A stretch of DNA of 64,000 nucleotides from a virus. Both the position numbers and the translations under genes were made by a program. Below are positions 31,026 to 41,443 of this stretch, piece by piece; the first letter of the stretch is position 1, and the number at the start of each line of letters is the position of its first letter. Below the pieces are notes generated by a model. It was given only the letters and a program-made list of their open reading frames with translations, was not told where the DNA came from and did not search any database. The stretch spans positions 1-64,000 of IMG/VR virus record IMGVR_UViG_3300010160_000025; one strand, written 5' to 3'.

Positions 31026-34000
31026 TTATCGTTGGCCAAAGAATACAAGAGCTACAGGAGCCCCATCTATTCCACCCTGAAATGTCATCTTGCTTGTTAT
31101 CAAGATTTGTGCATTGTTAGTATTACTTATCGTATTTCCAGCAATATATATCTGTCCCGAAGTTATTGTATTTACGTTTAATGAGCTCTGGCCTCCACCA
31201 ATTTGGGCTGTAATAAACGCTTTAATAGCTTTCTGCGTTGGAACTACGCTGTCACTGTTAGCTGTAAAGTAGGGATCTGTACTGAACTGAGTAATAGTTG
31301 CTGATCCAACTCCTAAACTAACTGATCCAAGTGTCAAAGATTGTAGTCCTGACAAATTAAACGCACTAGCGTTCAATGTAGCAGTACCAGTTGACTGTTG
31401 AACTCCAAACAAGTTACCAACGTTGAAGTTACCGTCTTGATCAGTACTTGTAAAGAACACTCGTCCACCACCTACAAATAACTGTTGGTTAGCTGATACA
31501 GCTTTAGTAGCATCAACATACGGATAGTTAGTTGCTGAGAAACCACCTGTACCAATATACAAGAAGTCATGTCCAGTTAAACGAACGTTACTATATGACA
31601 AGTTAGTTGTAATCAAGTCATTGTGTGTAGGTGCTAATAGTGTTGACAATCCAGGATTAATCTGGAATGTAGCAGTATAGTTACCCGGGATACCTAATAT
31701 ATTAGTTACACTAACTAGTTTGTACCAACGACTTGTTCCAGTAATACTACTAAACACCACGTTACAACCTGCTGTTGGGATTTGATATAATCCGGTCACG
31801 TTGACATATGTACCTACTTGATATAGGTCAGCATATCCGTCACCTAAGTAACTTGCTGTAGCAGTTGTGTTAGCAATACCACGATTAGCAAAACTTGGAT
31901 TACCTAAAGCACCATTGCCAATACGTGCTGCCAATGGCGCTGTGTTAACCTTGTTAGGGTCAGTTTGTGTCATGATTGGACCAGCAAAATATGTCATGCT
32001 AGTCGGTGTTGACGCTGTTAGTGCAAATATACTTCCGCCTGCTACAGTAGATATTTGGAATGTTCCTGCTAGACCACCTGTACTTGTTGGTGTGCCTTTA
32101 ACAAAATAGTATGTTCCTGCAACGATGCCGCCTGAGCTTGCACCAAATACTATAGGTTGATTTGCTGTTAAGTTTGTAATATTATCAACTGTGATAGTAC
32201 CAGTACTTGTTGTACTTGTTGCTGTAACAATACCGCGTGGATAACCACTTCCCGGTTCAATCATACGAACTTCAGTAACTGCATTATTGACAATCTTGAT
32301 ACGACCTTGTGCTCTTGCACCAGTTCTAATTCTAGTAGCTGTCTTACCACTTGTATTAGATACTGCTACCCAAGTTGGTACACGACCTAGTGTAGCGTCA
32401 ACTGGATTACCAAATGCTAAACCTAACCAGTTGCTTGAACTTGGCATGCCTGTTGCATAGTAGGTCCAGTTTACGCCGTCTGGACTGGTTGCACATGCTT
32501 GACTTGATGTTGCAATAGCTATAAACAAGCCTTGACCGTATTTAATTCTACTCCAAGTTGTTACACCGTTTGCGTACAATGGATTATTTACTGCGGTAAC
32601 CCATGTGTTATTTGCGGCATATGACGGACTTGTGGTCCATGCACCTTGTTGCCAGTTAATGGTATAACAAATAGTACCGTCACTAGCTAATGCAATGAAT
32701 CGGCCGTTACCGTAGGCAATACTTGCCCAAGTCTTGCTTGGCAATGTTGCACCAGCATACCATTTTGTCGGATCTGAACCAGTGAATGAACTTACGGTTC
32801 CTCCAATAGCACAGAATACTCCGGCGCCGTAGGCAATATAACCATAACCGGATGAGTTAGCGGTAATGTTGCTTGATTGATCTGACCAAGTAGTACTTGA
32901 CAAACTGCTTGAGCTACCTGGTGAGTATGATACTGCCACTGCTGAACTTGTTCCACCAATTGCGATATACAAGTTATTACCATACGCTAGAGATCTAAGG
33001 TTAGTTTTACCAGTATTACCAGCAGTAGACGACCATGTTGCTCCTTGGTCTGTACTGTATGCCGCAGAGTTTGTAGAAGTAGAAATAGCCATAAATGCCG
33101 CGTTTGCGTCAGTTACTGTTACTGTTGGAGTTGTTACATACCCGTAGCCTGTTTGTGATATGGTATAACCAATCACACCATAGCCTGCGGCATTTGTATT
33201 TGTATTAGCTCCAGAAACTGCTAATGTACCAACATAAGTTAATGCCACACCGTATGTACCGCTTGCTCCAACACCGCTTGCTCCATATCCAGATTTACCA
33301 TAAAATGAGTTAGTAAATGTTGGCTTAGTAGAACTAAATGTTCCGCTTCCGCCTGCTAGATAATAGTTGGTTACAGCCGGACTTACTGTTGTGTCGACTG
33401 CTGAGTAGTATGACCCGCTTGTTGCGGCGCCGCCTGAGCTCCAACCAGTGGCAGTGAACGGTGGTGCAATAGTTACTATTGGTGATGTATAGTACCCAGA
33501 ACCATATGTTGTAGCTGTAATGCTTGATAAACTGCTAGTAACTGCTGTAACTACTGGGCTTGAATATACACTACCAGTAATGATCATGTCAACTGCTTGT
33601 ATGGATCCGTTTAGTACTCGAGCTGTTGCAGTTGCTCCTGTTCCATTAGCATCTGTAATCACAATAGTCGGCGGTGTTAGATAGTTATATCCACCGTTAA
33701 CTACTGTAACACTTATAATTTGTCCTGCTACGTTAGTACCGACTGCGCCAACTACCGCAGATAGTATTGCGCCACTTCCGCCAAGCCCGCCAACTACAGG
33801 TGTAGCTACTGCATTTTGGCCGCCACCGTAAACAACTCTGCCCCAAGTAGAACTTGCATCTGTTGGTAGTGCGCCGCCTGCGGCCCATGTTGTGCCATCT
33901 GTAGTTTTTGCAGTTGAGGCAACACCTGTTGCATTTGATATAGCAACGAATGTGCCTTGACCGTATGCCACACTAGACCAAGTTGTACTAACTGCCGCTG

Positions 34001-37000
34001 TCATAGTGATTGCAGTACTTGTAAATCCTGGAGCAGTATATGATAGTGTTGGTTCAATAGTGTATGCTGATGTAGCATCTAACAATGGTTGAATAGTAGT
34101 GCCTGGAACAACATGATCCCATCCTGCTTCGTATACAGGAACTGCAACGCTACCACTTAAATCTGTACTTGCTAAGTTTTGACTTACACTAACAGTCCAA
34201 GTTGACCCTGCGCCGCTACCTGATTGATTAGCAACAATATATGTGTTGGCTAATATTGATCCGCCTGTTAGTAACATACCTGGGTAGATTGTACCCGATG
34301 TTAATCCGCCCACAGTTAGAGTCGTTCCAATAATGATCGACGATGTTGTTACTGCGGTAGTTGCACTAGTAGCTGTTAATGTAATACCAGTTCCAGCTGA
34401 TGCATTAGCAGCCGATGTACAAAGTTTAAATGTAGTGCCGTTTACTACGTTTGCAAAATAAACTGTTGGAGTATATACTGCTGTAGATCCCGAACCAGTT
34501 ACACTTAACCCGCCAATGGCAGCGCCCAAGTATATTGGTTGCCCTGTAAACATAGTTGCTGTACTTGCTACTGTAAATACCGTAGTTGAGTTAGTTGTGA
34601 TTGTTAGTGTTGCAAAGTTTGGTCGAACTATGTTAGCAAGTTTGCTAGACTGTGCGTAGCCGATAATATTAGCAAACTGTCCAACACCGGTACCGCCAAT
34701 AAGCTGTATTCTCATACCAATATAAGCTGAACTTAGTTGAATATCCGAGTTAGCAATCGATACTGTTCCTACGGTACCAGTTTGTGCTACGTTACTTGCT
34801 GTTAGATAGTTACTACCACCAATACCTTGACCGTTGTTTAGGTCAACTAGACGTGTTTCAAATACCGCTGAATCACGGAACTCGTCCTGTACTGTTACGA
34901 TATTATATCCTGCACCATTGATAGTTGGGATCGCATTAGTGTATGCATTACCTGCATTTTCAAATTCTAAGCGAAGAATTTTATCTGTGCTGTCAGTTAC
35001 TACGTTAGTAATATATGCTGGGTTAGCACGATTATTTAAGCGACCATAGATTGGTGTTTCATATGAGTCAATACCTTCAGCAATAACACCATATGTACCA
35101 TATGAACTGTTACCGTTTGTAGCACGGATACGTCCACCGTATTCTGCTAAGTAGCCTGCATATGAATAGTAGGCAAACACTGAAACAAGTTCTGTTAACG
35201 CATTTGAACCAGTACACCATACTCCAATACCGTCTGAAATAATAGTTGTATAGTCGTTAGCAACAATAGATTTGTTACCGCCAGCATGTAACGCCGCATC
35301 AATCTTCATACCACTACAACCAGCGCCAAATAGTGTCACGTTCTGTGTATATGGTGAACGATTGCTAATCCATGCGCCACTGTCCTGTGGTCCAAATCCT
35401 GCGTCAAGACTTGAATACGAACCTGCTGTAGGACGTTTGGTTCCTAGTGCATTAGGCAATGTCATTGCTCCAGAAAGACCGTTTAATGTCATATTTCTTA
35501 AACCAGTACCGTTACGTAGATGGAATAAGTCATTGGATGTTGACCCTGCTTGTGCTGCCAAGTATATTTGTACGGCTCTTGTTGATTTATAGTTACCAGT
35601 TAGTGCTAAATCATAAACTAATGCATCAATATACTGATTAGCATCACGGATACATTTTGTTGAGGACATGTAATAACTAACAGTCATAGTACCTAAACCA
35701 CCTGATAATGTTTTAGCAGTCTGCGGTCCTGTGCCAGGTACTGTTGTTGTAATAGTAAATGTTGTAGTGCTTGGTGTTGTTAATACCCAATATACTGTGC
35801 CTAGTGCAATAGAAAGATCAATAGATGACCCTGTATTACTAAACACCACTGGGTCATTTACTGTTAAGTTATGTGCTCCGCTAGTTGTAATGGTTCCATT
35901 TGACACTGTAGTGGTAACTGTTGCAGTGTATATAGATTGCACATAAGCAACCATTTCACTAGCTAAGAATGTTTTATTAGCACGGATAACTTCTGCACCT
36001 TGTATTGTAGACAATGTATTATTGTAACCAGTAACAGAACCATATGATCCTGTTGGGTTGTTCCAAGGTTGGATAGTACCGTTAGTGTTCTTATCACAAA
36101 TACCTTGATTGATTGGCATACCGGCAGTAGCTGTGGCTGTTAATCCTGTTAAAGAATTTGTAATCGTTAATGCAGTACCGCTCTTATAAGTAGCTGTAAC
36201 TGTGATACTTGTTCCGGCTGCTGGATATGTTCCAGCTGTTACACTGTTAATCCAATAGATATTACCCGGAGTTAGACCACCAGCGGCATCAAATGTTGCT
36301 GTTAGTGTTAAGCCAGTAGCATTAGTTAGTGTAATAGCTGATCCACCAAATGTTGCGGCAATGGTAATAGTACTACTTACTATTGATTGAACATAATAAC
36401 GTTGGTTAGCTACAATGCTTGAAGCTGTGCCGCTTGCCTGTGGAGCATATCCTGTAAACCAAACACGTTGTCCTACAGCTACGCCAGTGACACTTGACAG
36501 CGTAATTGCATTACTTGTAATAGCTGTTGCTGTTGTGGTAATGTTTGCTGGTAATCCAGTGAAAGTAATTGGCATGTTAACATACATGCCAGCATTAGTT
36601 GCTACTGTGATCAAGTTTGTACTTGTAGTTACGGCAGTAACTGGTATAGTTGTTCCGCTAGCTGTAATACTTGTAGTTAGAGCAAGTCCGCCGTAGATAC
36701 CATACACAACTGCTGTCATTGCTCCAGTAGCAGTACTGTTAATAGCAAATACTGATCCAAGATATGTTTGGCTAACTGTAAACTGTGTTGAGCTTAATAC
36801 TTGTTTAATATAGTATGTGCCAGCTACAAGATTACTAATACTTGTTCCTGTAAGTGTGATAACTAATCCCGGAACATATCCACTTGTACTACCTGCTGTA
36901 AGAATATTAGTATATGTAGTTCCGTTTAATACTACACTTGTAGTTACATTAATAATACTTGTAGTAGTTGAGGCTGCTGACTGATTATAGTTCAATAACC

Positions 37001-40000
37001 ATGTTGTTCCACTTCCTGAAACAATGCTTGTTCCATTAGCTATACCAGTTCCTGAAAGGGTCATGCCAATAGCAAGAGTTCCTACAAGAGTGGCAGCATT
37101 AACAACTAGCTGTGTGCCAGTAATGGTACCAGTAAATGTTGCTGTACTTGTAGGCTGTCCATAAATCTGTGCGACCATTTCGTCAACCACAGTTTGTGTT
37201 TGTACAACAGCACCGTTTGATGCCAATAGTTTTACACGCTCACCGATAAATCCAAGAGCGCCATATGTAGAATCTGCAAGGCTAGTATGTAATGTAGCAA
37301 CTGAAGGAACTAAACTGTTATATAAACGTCCAGATTGAATACTTTGGAAGTTGCCGCCAAACAATACGTCATATGCTAGTGCTGAAACTACATATCCTGC
37401 ATCACGGTTTGTTAATGTTAGGATAGGGCTTTCATTTTGATAGAAACGTGTGACCCATGATTGAGCATCGTTAGCAACTTCGCTTGCACGAGCTTGGATA
37501 GCATCGAACGATCCTTTATTTGCTGTGGTTGCTAGTGCATATGCTCCAGATACTATTGGAGTAATAGCTAGTGTAGAACCAGTAGCTGTTGCTGTCTGAC
37601 TTATGCTAACTGTCCAAAGCAAGTTAGAACCTGCTGTAATATAGGTGCCTACAGCAACCGATCCGCCTGTAACAATCTGTCCAATTTTAACAGTACCTGT
37701 AACAGAACTTACAGTTAGTGTTGTCCCACTGATAGTACCAGTAAATGTTGCGGCTGATGTGTCAGGAGCGCCATTGTTAATCCAATATAGTATATCAGCA
37801 ACCCGAGCCTGTGCAAATGATGCCGATACCGCAGATCCAGCTGTACCAGTTGTATATTGTGTAGTGGTGTTTCCTGTGCTACGTGTTACACTTGTCTTCT
37901 GAACAATTTGTCCAAGGATAACAGATAATCTAGATACTGCTTCTTGCACACCAAGTAGATATGGTGGAACTAATTGTGCAGTATTCAAACTGTAATATGA
38001 GCTTCCGGTAATCAATGATTGGCTATTACATCCATATGTCATATCATAACAGATTGCGTCAAGCATATTAGTTAAGTCGCGCAATGTTTCTGCTTTGTAA
38101 GTATCACTGTAAGAACTCCACTGTGCTGAGCCAGTTAAAACTCCATCTGTGTTCAAGAAACTTACAATTTCATCTTTGATAAACTGATAGTTAGCTTGAA
38201 TTAATGTTACTGCATCGCCATAGTTTGCTAGATATGATGAGTTATATCCAGTAACCGTTGGCATGCTGATTGCTGGTTGGTGTAACAACCCTTTTGGATA
38301 ATTTGGATTTGTTGGGCCAGTGATAACGCCGCCGCCTGCAAACATATCTTGAATAATTCTAATATTAGTTACAACAAGATTAACCGCTGATGTATTTCCA
38401 GTATCGCCTGCAGGTAATGTTTTTACCTGTGTTGCTGTGTTGCCACTAGTAGCTGTTACGGTGCTGTTGGCCACTAGGTCTGACAGTACTGATTGTACAC
38501 GCTGTAATGCCACTGCTGTTTTAGGTTTGTCGCTAACCAAATATTGATTAGCACTTGAAACTTGAACAATGGTACTACGTAACTCGTCACCAACAATGGC
38601 AGTATATGTTGGAACTACGATAGGACCGTATTCGTTGTATGTACCAGTTTTTAAATAAATTGTTGTATTTGGACGTAATAGTTGAGGGATACTTCCATAA
38701 GAGCTTGCTGATATTGAACTAGTAATAATACTTGCTAGTCCTTGTACTATTGTTAATGCACTGCTTTCAACTACAGTAGTTGCCACACCGGTAATATTTT
38801 GAATAGCTTTTGTGCTAACACCGTTTACTGTTTGATAGTTAACTGCCGGTGCTGAGTTAGACAGTACCGCAGGGAATAATGTGTCTTTTAAGTATATTAA
38901 ACTTCCTGCAAATACTGGCGCTTGTTGCGTAGTTCCTGTGCTAGTGAATGTTGTTAGTGTTTTAAAATATGCTTGTGTTGCAGTTTCAGTATATAAGTTG
39001 CCGCCGTGAGTTAAGTCAAATATAATTCCGTCAACTACTGTTCCGGTGTCGCGTTCAGCTTTGCTTTGTACGTAGTTAAAGGCTGCAACTGATGCTGTGC
39101 TACTACTAGCACTGATTGCTCGAGTTATACCAGATTGATACGCTTCGCTAATTGTAAATGTTGTTGTAGAAGGAATTGTGTTTACATAATATACAGTTCC
39201 TGCGGTTATGCCGCCGGTGGCTGCTGAGAATGTAATAGGCATTCCGTAATACATGTTAGCAGTAGTTATCTGACTAGTGGTGCTTGAGCCGCCAACAATA
39301 AATGTATTTCCGCTTCCGCTAGTGCCAGTTACATTAAATGAATAGTTAACTTGAATAAAGTTGTTAACTTCTTTCATCATAAACTGTTTGTTAAGTTTTA
39401 ATAATAATCCGGCATTGGTATTTAGATAACCGTCTTCAATTTGTCGGCAAGCATATAATAATGTTGCCCATGGTTTATCTAGTGTTAGGCCTTGTCCGTT
39501 TCCAGTAGTATCAGTACCGCTTGGAGCAACATAAACGATGTTTTGTAGTTGTCCGTAGTACGACCATGCTGGCTGATTACCATTAACACGTAGTACTTGT
39601 CCGTCTGTACCGATTGGTAAACGTACAGGACCAGTAGTACCGTAGTATACCATGTCACCTTGTGTTGTCAATGCGCCTGTATCTGCTCCGCTTGACAAAA
39701 TATTCCAATAAGTTGCAGTTGTGTCGCTAATAGGATCGTTTACACCAGTAGAACCAATGTGAACACTGATACAGATGTAACTGCTGTTTCCATAATAAAC
39801 TGCATCGCCTGCAACATAAGTAACACCTGTTTTCCAAGTTGATGCATATCCGCTAGAAACTGTAACAGTGCCAATAGGACCTGTACCACCACCGCCAGTA
39901 ATAGTTGCTACTTTAACAATTAGATCATTACCTGGAGTTGCACCGCCTAAGGCGCTGCCTAAAATCTTTAATGTATCATTGACTGTATACCCTGTTCCTG

Positions 40001-41390
40001 CAGTACTACCAATAACTGCTGAATATGCAGTTCCTGTGCGGGTCACAGTGAATGTTGGGCTTCCGCTGCCAGTTGCACTTACGTTTGAGCTTGCAACGTT
40101 TGTGTAGGTTGTGTTAGCGGACGATGCCCAACGGATACCAGAACTTAATTTATTCCAGTATGTAGAATATGGAGGACTTGGATTAGTTGTAGCAGTTATT
40201 GACTGACTTGTTGTAGTACTTGTTATAACAAATACTGAGCCTGCAAGCCCACTAGGTGCTGTTGCACTGACTGTAAAGTGTGTACTATCAACAATAGTTT
40301 TTACATAGTATGTTGCAGTATTGCTTAATCCGCCAACTGCTGATGCAAATGTAACAGGTATGTTAACAGATAGAACGCTTGTATTACCGCTTGTTGTAAT
40401 TTGATTAGGACGAGTTGGGTCGGTACTGATAGTTGTACCTGTAACAGTTAATGTTTGAACACTGTTATCGACAGTAGCGGCATAGGTATAACCGCCTAAT
40501 GTTACAACATTACCAATCTTATAAGATGTAGCTGAAGTCCATTCGCCAGAATATACTAGTCCAGGTGTAAATAGTTTCCAATAGGTAGTTGCTGTACTTG
40601 GATTTTGTGGGCTTGCTGATCCATTATTTACTACGGCAGTATATGTATTACCGCCATATGATACAACATCGCCTGCTAGGTAATCACTAGATGAGCTCCA
40701 TGCGCCGCCAAATTGGAATCCGTTGACAAAAATAGCAAACTTGTCTGTATCAATAGCTGTGCCGGTTGATGTATGATAAGCAGTGCAAATCCATAAGTTT
40801 GCTCCGGACTTGACAACGTCATTTATTTTATATCTTACACTGCTACCGCTCCAGTTTCCAAGATATGAAAGACTCTGATTGAATAAATCCCAGTTTGCAC
40901 TATCGGCTTCTAAGCCACTAGCGGCTGTTGAAGCACTAGTATGTTGTGTTTTACAAACGTAACTACTTCCACCGTAGTAGACTAAATCACGAACTTTGTA
41001 TCGTGTACTGGTTGTCCATGCACCTAACCATTTGAATCCTGCAGAGAATGTATCCCATTTACTTAGATCATCTTCTAAGTAAGTTTGACTAGTATGTGCT
41101 GTTTTACAAATGTAAACAGTTGCTCCCCAGATGACAATGTCGCCTGGATTATAATAGGTAGTACCGGCCCAGGTATTTCTCCATGTTGAACCGTCAGCAA
41201 TCAAGTTCCACTTGGTGACTCCGGGAATGCCTGCTAAATCTGTAGCAAATGCTGCCGAACTAGTATGACTTATTACACAAATGAAAGTTTTTCCGCCATT
41301 TGTAACAACGTCATCAACAACATAGCTGTGACTTGCTGTCCATGTACCCTGATACACAAACTTAATTCTACCTAATTTAAATTCTGCCAT
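31026..41390 (-). CDS. Giant virion fibre/structural protein (3454 aa)
   Basis: N-terminal W-x4-Y-x3-D-V-V-x-x-G-G CBM-like repeats, YVAPSGTD, IVGDELRS, beta-helix-like segment, Asp-box-like SPDGVNWT repeats; Thr/Ser/Gly-rich. Confidence 0.8.
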   Translation of the reverse strand: MAEFKLGRIKFVYQGTWTASHSYVVDDVVTNGGKTFICVISHTSSAAFATDLAGIPGVTKWNLIADGSTWRNTWAGTTYYNPGDIVIWGATVYICKTAHTSQTYLEDDLSKWDTFSAGFKWLGAWTTSTRYKVRDLVYYGGSSYVCKTQHTSASTAASGLEADSANWDLFNQSLSYLGNWSGSSVRYKINDVVKSGANLWICTAYHTSTGTAIDTDKFAIFVNGFQFGGAWSSSSDYLAGDVVSYGGNTYTAVVNNGSASPQNPSTATTYWKLFTPGLVYSGEWTSATSYKIGNVVTLGGYTYAATVDNSVQTLTVTGTTISTDPTRPNQITTSGNTSVLSVNIPVTFASAVGGLSNTATYYVKTIVDSTHFTVSATAPSGLAGSVFVITSTTTSQSITATTNPSPPYSTYWNKLSSGIRWASSANTTYTNVASSNVSATGSGSPTFTVTRTGTAYSAVIGSTAGTGYTVNDTLKILGSALGGATPGNDLIVKVATITGGGGTGPIGTVTVSSGYASTWKTGVTYVAGDAVYYGNSSYICISVHIGSTGVNDPISDTTATYWNILSSGADTGALTTQGDMVYYGTTGPVRLPIGTDGQVLRVNGNQPAWSYYGQLQNIVYVAPSGTDTTGNGQGLTLDKPWATLLYACRQIEDGYLNTNAGLLLKLNKQFMMKEVNNFIQVNYSFNVTGTSGSGNTFIVGGSSTTSQITTANMYYGMPITFSAATGGITAGTVYYVNTIPSTTTFTISEAYQSGITRAISASSSTASVAAFNYVQSKAERDTGTVVDGIIFDLTHGGNLYTETATQAYFKTLTTFTSTGTTQQAPVFAGSLIYLKDTLFPAVLSNSAPAVNYQTVNGVSTKAIQNITGVATTVVESSALTIVQGLASIITSSISASSYGSIPQLLRPNTTIYLKTGTYNEYGPIVVPTYTAIVGDELRSTIVQVSSANQYLVSDKPKTAVALQRVQSVLSDLVANSTVTATSGNTATQVKTLPAGDTGNTSAVNLVVTNIRIIQDMFAGGGVITGPTNPNYPKGLLHQPAISMPTVTGYNSSYLANYGDAVTLIQANYQFIKDEIVSFLNTDGVLTGSAQWSSYSDTYKAETLRDLTNMLDAICYDMTYGCNSQSLITGSSYYSLNTAQLVPPYLLGVQEAVSRLSVILGQIVQKTSVTRSTGNTTTQYTTGTAGSAVSASFAQARVADILYWINNGAPDTSAATFTGTISGTTLTVSSVTGTVKIGQIVTGGSVAVGTYITAGSNLLWTVSISQTATATGSTLAITPIVSGAYALATTANKGSFDAIQARASEVANDAQSWVTRFYQNESPILTLTNRDAGYVVSALAYDVLFGGNFQSIQSGRLYNSLVPSVATLHTSLADSTYGALGFIGERVKLLASNGAVVQTQTVVDEMVAQIYGQPTSTATFTGTITGTQLVVNAATLVGTLAIGMTLSGTGIANGTSIVSGSGTTWLLNYNQSAASTTTSIINVTTSVVLNGTTYTNILTAGSTSGYVPGLVITLTGTSISNLVAGTYYIKQVLSSTQFTVSQTYLGSVFAINSTATGAMTAVVYGIYGGLALTTSITASGTTIPVTAVTTSTNLITVATNAGMYVNMPITFTGLPANITTTATAITSNAITLSSVTGVAVGQRVWFTGYAPQASGTASSIVANQRYYVQSIVSSTITIAATFGGSAITLTNATGLTLTATFDAAGGLTPGNIYWINSVTAGTYPAAGTSITVTATYKSGTALTITNSLTGLTATATAGMPINQGICDKNTNGTIQPWNNPTGSYGSVTGYNNTLSTIQGAEVIRANKTFLASEMVAYVQSIYTATVTTTVSNGTITTSGAHNLTVNDPVVFSNTGSSIDLSIALGTVYWVLTTPSTTTFTITTTVPGTGPQTAKTLSGGLGTMTVSYYMSSTKCIRDANQYIDALVYDLALTGNYKSTRAVQIYLAAQAGSTSNDLFHLRNGTGLRNMTLNGLSGAMTLPNALGTKRPTAGSYSSLDAGFGPQDSGAWISNRSPYTQNVTLFGAGCSGMKIDAALHAGGNKSIVANDYTTIISDGIGVWCTGSNALTELVSVFAYYSYAGYLAEYGGRIRATNGNSSYGTYGVIAEGIDSYETPIYGRLNNRANPAYITNVVTDSTDKILRLEFENAGNAYTNAIPTINGAGYNIVTVQDEFRDSAVFETRLVDLNNGQGIGGSNYLTASNVAQTGTVGTVSIANSDIQLSSAYIGMRIQLIGGTGVGQFANIIGYAQSSKLANIVRPNFATLTITTNSTTVFTVASTATMFTGQPIYLGAAIGGLSVTGSGSTAVYTPTVYFANVVNGTTFKLCTSAANASAGTGITLTATSATTAVTTSSIIIGTTLTVGGLTSGTIYPGMLLTGGSILANTYIVANQSGSGAGSTWTVSVSQNLASTDLSGSVAVPVYEAGWDHVVPGTTIQPLLDATSAYTIEPTLSYTAPGFTSTAITMTAAVSTTWSSVAYGQGTFVAISNATGVASTAKTTDGTTWAAGGALPTDASSTWGRVVYGGGQNAVATPVVGGLGGSGAILSAVVGAVGTNVAGQIISVTVVNGGYNYLTPPTIVITDANGTGATATARVLNGSIQAVDMIITGSVYSSPVVTAVTSSLSSITATTYGSGYYTSPIVTIAPPFTATGWSSGGAATSGSYYSAVDTTVSPAVTNYYLAGGSGTFSSTKPTFTNSFYGKSGYGASGVGASGTYGVALTYVGTLAVSGANTNTNAAGYGVIGYTISQTGYGYVTTPTVTVTDANAAFMAISTSTNSAAYSTDQGATWSSTAGNTGKTNLRSLAYGNNLYIAIGGTSSAVAVSYSPGSSSSLSSTTWSDQSSNITANSSGYGYIAYGAGVFCAIGGTVSSFTGSDPTKWYAGATLPSKTWASIAYGNGRFIALASDGTICYTINWQQGAWTTSPSYAANNTWVTAVNNPLYANGVTTWSRIKYGQGLFIAIATSSQACATSPDGVNWTYYATGMPSSSNWLGLAFGNPVDATLGRVPTWVAVSNTSGKTATRIRTGARAQGRIKIVNNAVTEVRMIEPGSGYPRGIVTATSTTSTGTITVDNITNLTANQPIVFGASSGGIVAGTYYFVKGTPTSTGGLAGTFQISTVAGGSIFALTASTPTSMTYFAGPIMTQTDPNKVNTAPLAARIGNGALGNPSFANRGIANTTATASYLGDGYADLYQVGTYVNVTGLYQIPTAGCNVVFSSITGTSRWYKLVSVTNILGIPGNYTATFQINPGLSTLLAPTHNDLITTNLSYSNVRLTGHDFLYIGTGGFSATNYPYVDATKAVSANQQLFVGGGRVFFTSTDQDGNFNVGNLFGVQQSTGTATLNASAFNLSGLQSLTLGSVSLGVGSATITQFSTDPYFTANSDSVVPTQKAIKAFITAQIGGGQSSLNVNTITSGQIYIAGNTISNTNNAQILITSKMTFQGGIDGAPVALVFFGQR

Positions 41391-41410
41391 TTTATATCAT
41401 CCTCTGATAG

Positions 41411-41418
41411 TATTTATC
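41411..41418 (-). promoter_or_regulatory. Late promoter GATAAATA
   Basis: 20 nt before ATG 41390 with GAGG SD. Confidence 0.7.
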
Positions 41419-41443
41419 TTTGTTGTATTTCTTATGTTTGTAA